Assembly: GCA_030141605.1 (NCBI GenBank)
Contig: JAQGDQ010000192.1
Location: forward strand, 124,001-188,000
From: Tubiluchus corallicola
Lineage: Eukaryota > Animalia > Priapulida
Direction: 5' to 3'
Length of the DNA: 64,000 nucleotides
In this document: positions 53,601-64,000 of the stretch, in pieces
How positions within the stretch are numbered: the stretch's first letter is position 1
How the letters are laid out: each line of letters opens with the position of its first letter
Made by a program: the position numbers and the translations under genes
Notes under the pieces: model-generated
Told to the model about the DNA's origin: nothing
The model's database searches: none
The model's input: only the letters and a program-made list of their open reading frames with translations

Positions 53601-55517
53601 CTGCGACGGCATGGCAGCATAGATTAATAAAATGAAGCATTAATAAGACTTAGCTGCCATATTAAGCTTCGACAAATGACGGACATTACCAGTTAATTAT
53701 AATTTATTATTTAACTGAGCGTAGTCCTTACTTTAACAAAATACTTTATTTTAATATAAATTGATATTAAAAGAATAACGTTATGAAACAGAACAGCAAA
53801 GAACTGGAAGTGGCTGTTTAACCATATAAATTTATGCTGTAAGAAATAAGAGAGCACGCAAACGTGTCTCGACTCTACAAAATCACAACCTATATATTAT
53901 ATGAAATAAAATTCTCACAAATGATTTGAGCTGTTGACGTCTGACTGCATTTAATATAAGCGCTAGAGAAAAATTTATATATAAGTATAAATACAAATAC
54001 AAATATCCATAAACGATAACAGAAGTAGCCGTAAAAACGAATTATTGGTTCATAACGAAGGTATGGATACTTGTTGTATGGTATGCAGTGCAGTAAGCTC
54101 ACACACGGAAGACATTGCATAACTACTACGATAGTATGGTTCTGATCTCATATTATTAAAACTAAATAATTCATAGTATCTCGTGTGGATAAATCTATTG
54201 ATTAAAACATTACAAAATAGTTTATAAAGGACTGCTTTGTTACTGCAGCAAGCCATCAGCTTTCAGATATTCGTGGAATCTTGGTAATATTTGGGACAAA
54301 ATACAACCACACCACCACCACCACCACCACCATCATCATTACAAGCATTACCAAAAACACGTCAGTTGTCCAAAAAAACACAAGCAAGGCTTTGAAAAGT
54401 TTCCAAAATCTTTACAAATCATTAGTTTACAGAAGACACAATTTGAATGTCACCCAAGATCAGTTTTTCAAAATAGCTTCCAGTTATTCATTAAATGAAA
54501 CGAACGTGGACAGTAACTGGATTGTACAAATACGCTTCAAACTATCGCAGAAATGTACTTTAGTGAGCCGATATCAGTATGTTGACTTTGGTCGCTATGT
54601 TTTAATCTACTTATAGATCTATACTAATGACAAAAACGTAAACAATGCTGCCAGTTTTTTGTATTTATATTTTCGGCTTCATTCTGGCTTCTCTGCACTT
54701 CAGTCTTTTCCCGTCACTAACCAATGCAGTGTATTAAAAAATCCCGTTGCGTTTACCAGCTGTGCTTTTTTATGTAGAGCAGGAAAACAACTATAACTGC
54801 TACAGATAAGACATCATAGCAGGAACACTGAGCAACAAAAACTCAACAGGATCAGGTATGTAGGTTAATGACAAAACAGTAAAACAGAAAAGAAGTTGGG
54901 TCAAATGAAGACAAGTCAGAACAAAAAGTAAAGCAGCACAGAGAAAAAAAGCGACTAAACTGAGTGAGGAGGCAGAGTATACAATGAGGCATACAAATAT
55001 CACATAATCCCCTATTTTCCAATGTCACATAATCATCTATTTTCCAATGTCTATACTTGGCGAAAAGCAGTTTGTTCAAACGCTTTTAATGTTTCGCAAA
55101 AAAACATCAGCAGTAATTCTTGTATCTTTAGAGGTTGCAAATTTACTGAAACGGGCTGCCAGTTCATTGAAATCGGCTTTGCAGCTAAATTATAGTATAG
55201 TACAGTTAGCTTATTATAGTGTCACCTTTCATTTTACTACAATTGTAACTTCCAACTGTACACATAAACGTACCCACAGTTAGAATAAAATAAAGCCACT
55301 CTATCGGCAGAGTTATAAAGCACCTTAAAATCGTTAAAAACAATCATTTTACATATAAATTAAAAGCTGTTATTAAACAAACAATGAAGCAAATTATTAC
55401 GTTAGTTAAAACAATCTTATTTCCAACATCAGGTGGTAGGATTTGGCACATTCTTTTTAGACAAATATCGCCTGACAGTGTCTGACCTAATGTATCATTG
55501 TCGTTGAACTCTTTAAA

Positions 55518-56110
55518 CAGCGACAATGATGGAAAAACAAGAAAGACAAAAGAAAAACAGCAAAGAAGGAATATATCAGGATGATAACCACTTAAAACTG
55601 CACTTTCACCATTAACTTTTTTTCCCTAGCATGTACAGCTTTAACTAATTTATTGTAATTCTCATCATTTGTTATTTTTCCTTGTGTATTTATTGTACCG
55701 TATACGAGTACGAATAAATGGTATAAATAAATAAAGTTATTTTGTGCTCAGGCACCGGAATAACAAAGTGGGAATATCATCATAAAAGGGACAATGCAAT
55801 AAAACATGTTTTTCCGACTCAACCGCTAAGTAATCACAAAAGTGACACAACCTTTGATCTTCTAGGATGTTAGTGTACCTTCCAATTTCTAACATAAGGG
55901 GGGGGGGAGCAAGTTGCTCCGGGTTAGAAGAACATTGCATCATTAACAGCATATGACACAAGAACAATCTGACATTAAAACAAGTATCCTGTCAGCTAGT
56001 TACTGTAGCGCTATACAATCAAAACCTAACATAAAAAACAGCGACAATGATGGAAAAACAAGAAAGACCAAAAGAGAAACAGCAATAGATTCACTTAAAA
56101 TTGTACTTGC
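55518..56110. repeat. direct repeat pair (~47 bp plus a ~17-bp block) bracketing a LINE fragment
   Basis: acagcgacaatgatggaaaaacaagaaagac(c)aaaaga.aaacagcaa at ~55517 and ~56038, each followed by cacttaaaa.tg.actt. Confidence 0.85.
55737..55905 (-). mobile_element. LINE ORF2 C-terminal zinc-knuckle fragment
   Basis: PLMLEIGRYTNILEDQRLCHFCDYLAVESEKHVLLHCPFYDDI matches 'PL.IETGRY......RLC..C....VE.E.H.LL.CP.Y'. Confidence 0.8.
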
Positions 56111-58919
56111 GCCATCGTCATGCTAATCATCTTCATCATCTTATAGCTTCTGTGTAAGTAAATGTGCAGAAGCATTTCATGGTTTGTTCTAACCTGGCTT
56201 TCGTGCTTTCGTAAAATGGATTTTTATTAACAAGAATCTTCATGACAGAATCGTCTAGATTTTGCAGCACTTAATGCAGAATTGCAACGTGTAGAGTTAC
56301 GAAATGTAGGCGAACACACAAGCGGAAAAGATTTCCAGCGATTACCTTTTTAGTGGTGATCCGAGAAACCGGCTTCACTCAAATATGACTGAGTTGAAGA
56401 AAAAATCTTTACTAGACAATTTACAACGGTTTCTATGGAGTTGTTAAATTACGCACAAACCGCTACCTTTAAAATGTGTAGTCACTCAAATTTATTTTAA
56501 AACATAAAATAAATAAAAATTTTCTCATAGTAAAATTTTTATTTTTTAGATACGGAGAAAGTAATGCTAATAATAAACTATTCTGTATCATGACAGTAAT
56601 GAGCAACATAGAAAGAAGTTTTGCATTGCAATCAAGATTGGCGAATACTTGTGTAAAAAGTTAAGGTTATTCTAAAATGTTTGATGTGCTATAATAGTTT
56701 AGTTTAACCAACTGATATATGTAGGCCTATTCTAGTTTTCTATATCATATACAGTAATTTTTGTTTTGTTCTAATTATATGCCCGCCTGAAGGTGATATA
56801 GTAAGATCGAAAATTTGCATCAAATAAAGTTAAAAAAACTTTAAATAACGCTAAAAAAATTAGTAGTATAGCTGCTAGTATGTTTACATTTTTGGAGTTT
56901 AGTTTATCCCTAATTAGGGTGAATTAAATATGTCTGAAGTTGATGTATATTTTATTTATTTTTTGTTGTTGATACTTTTTGACAATTCAATTTTTCTACG
57001 TTGTAATTAGGAAAAGTAAAATTCTAAAGTGCCAATTTTCCTTAGCTATAAAAAAGTGTATTGATTGTGATGCATAGTGATTTATCTATTCATTATTGAT
57101 TCCATGCAAATGATTATTGCTTTCTATTTAACTGTATGAGAACCGTATAAGACAATAATTGGGGATTATTTTAAAAATGTTATGCTTCATTAAGATTTGT
57201 TTACTTTTTCATTTGTCTCGTTCTTTGATGTAGTGGTTGAATATTCTAATCTGTTAAGTCCACAAAATTCCTAATTATTTTGTGCAAACAGCTGCCATGT
57301 TGGTTCCTGCAAGCGTGTATGTGCTTAATTGCGTGGCATGCTAATCTGCTGTAGTTAATTAGCATGTAGGCACTTTCAATTAAAGTTGAGTTTGCTGCAG
57401 TTGCTACAAGAACTGTTTTTGTAGCAAACGCGAAGGCTGTACGTAACCCGTAATATGAGCCTTGCCTTTATTAATAATCGGGAAACCTTAAGTGTAGACG
57501 GGCATAGAAACCACGAGTTAAAAAAATTTTCGAAAGAGTGCTTGGTAAAAATGACACGAAAGATGTGGCAAAAATAGCACCTTGATAAAATATGAGCTAC
57601 TGGTTGAACACAAACCATGTTAGGAATATTATTTCTTATTGTGGATGTGTGAAAGTTATGTGGATCTAAATACTATATGCGTCATTCTTTTCCAAAATAA
57701 GAAATACCCAGACTTAATAAAACATGGACTGTGGGTAATTATTCTATTTATTATTCATTTTTGAGATTATATGTTTCAAAATAACATACGTGCCACTTTT
57801 TGTTGTTTTTCTATTCGTTTCAGTTTCCTGCGCCGGCTTTTTTATGTACTATTTTTACGTGAACCGCGATTACCTGTGTTACCTCAGTCCCGTTTTACTT
57901 CCGTTCTTATCTTTAACTAAAAGATAACATTCACAAATAAATTCAGAAAATAATTGGGACGAGACTTATATGTATTTCCAAAATTTGTCGTTTCACGCAG
58001 TTATTCGTTCATTTTTTATTTCCTGCTCACTTGTTGATTTACTCACTCATTTACGCACACGTACCTCGTTCATATACCCAGCCATTACGCAGTAATTACG
58101 CTCGTACAATAACGCGATAGAGCCGACACTAACATGGTTGAACGCAAACTTCGTACTACACTGAAAATACAACGTGAAAGCAATATAATAAAAAATTCCA
58201 ATGTTACAGCAACATAATAATAAAATACGAAAAACAAAACTTGTAAAAACATGCAAAGCAGAATAGAGCAGAACTTACACTGATTTAGATTTAAACTTTT
58301 TTATGTTTGGTGTGCTATCTAAACAAAATTAAATATATTAATTTGTGTCTCGTGCTCGCGAATTTTCTCGGCTAGTCCACTTACATGACATAATTTATAT
58401 CTACTTTCAGTTTTGAGCGCAATCCCGATACTTGGCTGAGCACACATTTTGTAATAATGTCAAAAAATGTTAATTAATCTTAGTCTAGACTTTAGAGCTA
58501 AGATCAACAAGAAGCTGTAACTTCTTAAACTTAGTTGCCACTTTTGCAGTTCACGATTTATATCTGTGTATAATTATGCTAATACAAATACACTGCAGTA
58601 ATAATATCTCCCTACCTATACCATTACCTACCAATGGCAGGTCATCTAATTATAAGTACATAATATTTTCATACTATTACGTGCTGATTGCAGATTATTC
58701 AATTTATTACAGACATTAATGCTAGTCTATTTATAACCCGGGATAACAGTCTGTATACATAGTAACAATTAATACAGGGATGATACGCAGTATGGATTAT
58801 ATACTGTTATGAAATGCATTATTTGCATACACTATAATTGCTGACCAATTACGTTTGCTGATTTTTAAGCTGTAATCTTTCTGTTTACAATCTCGCAGTT
58901 GATACGATATTATGATGCT

Positions 58920-59520
58920 TATTACCACGATTTAGTAAGCAAATGATTTTGCAAAATAACTTTCTTCAAATCAGAATCTTCGTTGAAACCCGCAAAAGCT
59001 ACTTCTGCCGTAAACTGATCTCAAAAATCTGTAATTTTGTCAAATTCCCACCTTGAGTATTTTCTTTTCAGCACTTTGTATGCTGCTCGGTAAAAAGGCA
59101 TCATCTGATGAACCTGCAGTCCGGTGAAGGTGTTGAATCTGTTTCTAAGAAATTGTACTTAATTGATGCGGTTCTATGACGCCATATTGCGTGTCAATTT
59201 TGTCAAAAAAGAGCTAAAGTTTAAATACTACCGACAAACTGTTATTGATTCGATAATATTAGAACGTGTTTTATATATTGTGTTTAATCCTTGTTCTCCC
59301 ACAGAAGCGTTTGTATATGATACTGAACGCATATCATGTCTTGCTATTAGACGCGCCCTATTTGGAACAATTTGCAGGTACAAATAGTTAAAGATATTGT
59401 GTCGGTATAGTTGCTGGATACATGCTGAGTTCTAACTTGTCATTCTGTGGGATCTGTTGAGATAAATAACGCTGTTTTAGTTCAGGGAAAATCCAACAAC
59501 TTTCAGTTTTCTCAGGATGA
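58920..59520 (-). mobile_element. possible highly decayed retroelement coding remnant (zf-RVT-like)
   Basis: A long frame broken by scattered stops (IQQLYRHNIFNYLYLQIVPNRARLIA...; RFCG...IKHVL in shifted frames). Confidence 0.25.
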
Positions 59521-62500
59521 CATGATTATTTTACGAAATTTGTAAACTAAGTATGCGTACAAAACGAGTCAATATGCCCAAGGCATTGTGAGATATCCAT
59601 AAGATATCATTAAAACTGTCGTTATTGTTAATATCGTTATATTATCTTTTTATCATTTGAGAAAGGTTGTTGTTAATTGCACGTATGTAAAATAAATATG
59701 TATAGTAATATGTTTGTAAAAAAACAAATCTGATTTAGTAAAATAACAATTCACTTGTTGTGAATATCCAATTGATTCATTTATTCAAATCATAAAATGC
59801 ATTGTAATAATTCGCTCATTATGAACATCCATTTTGTCCATTTATTCAAACCAAAAAATGCAAAAGTTCCAGTGGTTTCAGGAATTTACTCTATCGACTC
59901 GAAGGCAACAGAGAACGTCAGAAAAGAATTTTTGTACCTCTACTAGAACTCCTGAGCCAGAAATCTCATGCTTCCCGGGCACGTTTTCTGGATCTTCTGC
60001 TTTCCGGAAAGATTAAGATCCTCGCTTATGGAATCCGACAGAACTGTCATACAAGCTCTATTCTGATTAATTAATTAAGTAGTTTTCTAGTATTTAAAAA
60101 TTAGCTCCTGGAACGAATTTTTGGTAAGTATACATAAATGACATGAAGTATCTTAAATATAACAAATAACAGATAACCAGTTATATCAGATAACCTGTAT
60201 ATAATTACAGAAATTGGGTACAGCATTTAGCTATTCGTAATCCTGCTTATATAACATAGAAGATGAACAAAACAGTTTATAAACGACAACTATAATCTCA
60301 AGTTTTGCATTTGCGTGGGTGTAAGAGTGGTTCATCTCCCTAACTTACGAATTGGTCATTAATTCTAGCTTAATAATAAGATCTGCCGTTCACTGGTGTG
60401 CTATGTACCAAGCACAGATCAGCTGACTTGACTTCACATGAACGATTATTAACTGCCAAGTGATGTTCTATAATAAAATTTGCAAATGCAATTACCGCTG
60501 ATGAAATCTGTGGTCCCCTATGTACGCTTTGTAATTTTCTAATCTAATAGGGTTAAATTGCTAAATTAAGTAATGGTTAAGTAAAGACAGCCGACTGGAA
60601 GGGTTAAGTAGGGACATAAACCTTCATATGTGTCATGTATATCTGACGACAAATACAACATTTCAAAACGAAAAATGAGACTTCGCGTTTTGCATTTACC
60701 TGGATTGTAGTAGTAGCGCATTTATCTAATTTCTTCATCACGGATTGCAGTTGTGTGGGTGCAAAGTGGTGCCAAAATATGAGTAAATATGAATAAATAC
60801 CACATTGTTTGCAAACAAAGACTAAATTTGGCACATATAAATGAATACATTCAAGAAAATTGGAAACCACTTACAGACAGTATGTAAAGTAACAAAAGAA
60901 ACAAAAGAACACTAATTTTTGCAACTTCATCAGAACATGGGCGATATGCGATATTTGCTACAGCTCAGGAGTTGCGATCCGTTGTTCCTAGTTATTCGAA
61001 CTGGCTACACTTCTCTTACAGTGACCGCACATTCACATTACTACATGATCAGTAAAATTAGTAAACAGCGTGCTACCGGAAGCAAATTAGAAGTCAACCC
61101 TAATGATGACTATTATCAGTGCATCTAGTAATTGACTGGGAAGTTTGACTACTTATATTTATTAAGTGATTGGCGAACAGAATAACTGTCGTGATGATCT
61201 AGCGATACGCTACTTCTGTCAAGTATACACCGTGATCAGTATTTTAATGTGAAAAAAAGATCACAGTAACAAATACGCCCGCGTTCATTTATATTATCAG
61301 TACAATTCGTAACTATTACAAAGTTTCATTATTCATCAGCAGTGCTGGCAGCGAAAGCAGCGGATCAAAACTTTTGCAACTGTTTCCAAAACAGGAAAAC
61401 CAACAGCATAGATTTTTAAGGTTTGTGTCGTGTTAGATGCACCGAAGTTGGTACAAGTTTATATCATTTAATAGTTTGAAGCATTGACCTAAAGTACTAG
61501 TATCTATTTATTTTTAAATGGAAAATAATAGGGTATCAGAAAATAGTAAATATTTGTATCAAGTGAATTTGTTGTCACATTTTCGGGAGATTTTGAAGTG
61601 TAATTCAATCTTTTATATGGTTAAACTGACCAGGGCCTGTACTGCACACGATGTAGATCACGATACTACGTGTATGACGAGTATTTCGCAATTGGAACAA
61701 AAGGGAACAAATGGCGCAAAGCTCGTGACAGTTTCACTAAATCTTATGAATTTCTTGCATGTACAAATCGGTAATTATGTGCGATTACATACTTTCACAT
61801 AAAAGATTTGATGTTCCAATAAATCGTAGAAATATGCACAAATTTGATGAAGGAAAAACTTTTGTGAGTCCAAACACCAAGGAACCTTTCAATCTTCAGT
61901 CAACTCAACCAATAAACCTTGCAAGTAGTTGGCGGAGAAACGGCAAGCCAATTTTACATCAGCTTTGATGTTATTTTGAATACGCTAAATCAAAGTTTAC
62001 AATGTTTGATTTTGATTTTTCACAGGTTCTGGAGGTTAATGTTATTTAAATGTTATTTTGGGCTTAATGGAGATTTTTATGATTAATAAAGGTTCTAGAA
62101 AAACGCTTCTGTTATTTAGGTTTTTATGTCAAATATCTGATTTCCAAAAATAAAAAAGTTAGAAACGAATTTATTTAAAAAAAAGTAAAAGGGCGTGCCA
62201 AAATTTTAGCTAGTATTTTGAAAAAGAATAGTTAATGAGACCAAAAAAGGCTATACAAAAATCATTATTGCAAAAAGAGACAACTGCAAACAAGTAGAAG
62301 AGTGCGTGGCCAATTTACTATTCATATTAAAAACGAGGTGTTTTTATTAGAGGAATGTTTATACTAAAACCTCAAAACGAAAATTAAAAAAAATATTTAT
62401 TTAAAGAAGCAAAATATGTAAAATAAATAAGACGTTCTTGTCTTCTAGTGTGATACACAACTATACATTTTCTGTCGATATTCCCGCAGCTTCCTTACAG

Positions 62501-64000
62501 GTGGTTAATGAACTAATCGGCGTCTCTATTGACTTTCCTTACAGATGGTTACCTAAGTTGTATTTTCAGCGGTACAAAAATCATTTAATTGACAAGTTCT
62601 TACAGTCGTTATTTGTAATTACGACCACGCGCTATGGGCCCTAAGTAGACTACGAACTAGATCCTGTAATACACAGGTAATTCACAGCATTGAGTTAACT
62701 ACGCTGTGTTAAATTTGTGATTATGCACAATCGCGCCACTCTCCGTTTACACATTTTCTTTATAAATAGCGGCTCTAAAATAGTCCCCCACTCGAGAACT
62801 TTTAAAATTGGCGAAATCTTGCCTAGTCCGAATCCATACATTTTTGTCTGTGTAGATAATGTATATATATATATATATCGAATTAATGTAATTATAACTT
62901 TGATTAATTGCCAATGGTATAATATTGATGTTACTAACATCTAATCAGAGGTGACTAACTGAGTGACCGTATATTCTTTCGTCATCTCTGCCCATATTTA
63001 TATGTATAATATGCACTAACTATAACTGTGACGATCTAGTCTAATTTTCGTTATTGTAAATGGGTGGTTCGTGACTTGAGTGTAACCGTTAGGCAAAGAA
63101 TAAAGCACTTAGTCGAAAACACCAAGAAAAAACCCACTAAATTAATTAAATAATGTAACAATTTAATGAACATCTCGAATACATTGTAAGGTAAATTAAG
63201 CCGGCTAAAATATAAAAACGAACAACGTAACGCTTTTTCACCAGTTCTGTCGCGGCATCACCAGGCGACTTTCTCCTGCCTCCATCCAGCGTCATTTCAC
63301 TGACTCCTCACTAGTGGGATTCATCGAGAAATGGTGCACTATAGAACGGTTGGTCACACTACTTCTTCATGCATCCGATTACGTGAACGACGTCTCTGAA
63401 CTTTGGCGACTCCTGATGATGTCCTTGTCTCCACTTATACATATGACGCCAAGACAGAGTAGCATTCGCACTCCTGTACTCGTCACAAGGTAAGGTTCAC
63501 CAATTTCGTAACCAGAGCGTGGAAGCACCAACGGTATTATCATCAACGTCGGATAAATACGGGTAAGTATCATCAGCAGCAAATATCATCGACAACTGAT
63601 AAGTATACTTTTTAACAAGTTACGTATCATCAGCGACATACAGCAACAGGTAAGTATGATTGCTGGCATACAGCTATCATCTATGTCGTAAGTATGTTGA
63701 CAGATTGCTGATCTGCAAGCAAGCACCGTAACTACTAAACCATCATTTTATGACACGAAAACGTCTGCTTAATTCGACAGCTTAGAACTCAACAGCCAAA
63801 TTTCGTCTACGTGGCTTCAATCACATGATATAGTAATGCATAAACAGTGACATTGAATGTACAGGTAAAATCTAATTTCAAAACTGCTAAGCCTCTAGTG
63901 TTATATCAAAAACAGTTTAACTACTATGAACTAGTTACAGAACCTGACCTGTAATGAGCCTGAGCGTCATAATAACTATTACTATTACTATTACTATTAC

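Noticed and set aside
59840-59880. Minus-strand GTFAFFGLNK as another FGL peptide
   Set aside because: No amide-donor Gly, no dibasic sites and no exon boundaries.
61285-61295. Minus-strand TATAAAT as the neuropeptide gene promoter
   Set aside because: TATA-like words are frequent in this AT-rich sequence, and no convincing first exon or donor could be tied to it.
62695-62940. 81-aa ORF as the signal-peptide exon of the neuropeptide gene
   Set aside because: Its N-terminus is not a proper signal peptide (YIYIY derives from an (AT)n run), and the true signal exon was found at 53055..52926.

Overview
AT-rich, repeat-dense metazoan (protostome invertebrate, probably lophotrochozoan) genomic DNA with spliceosomal introns. 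Two protein-coding genes can be rebuilt from splice signals, both on the minus strand. (1) An adenosine receptor (class A GPCR, 2 coding exons, join 15108..14389 and 12918..12409, 409 aa) with an atypical DKF in place of DRY. (2) An allatostatin-A/buccalin-family neuropeptide precursor (3 coding exons, join 53055..52926, 52507..52390 and 51974..51500, 240 aa) with a signal peptide and 11 copies of xDxxSFxFGL-amide decapeptides; the ORF track shows only part of its last exon. The rest is intronic or intergenic: decayed LINEs (CR1/L2-like, one nested inside another), an intact-ended non-autonomous hAT (Charlie/Buster-like) element with 8-bp TSD, tRNA-derived SINE-like pieces, several inverted repeats, a near-identical 1.27-kb tandem triplication bounded by (AAT)n tracts, a ~33-bp minisatellite and many trinucleotide microsatellites. 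Most listed short ORFs are spurious. All calls were made by eye; no database search was possible, and repeat coordinates are approximate unless stated.
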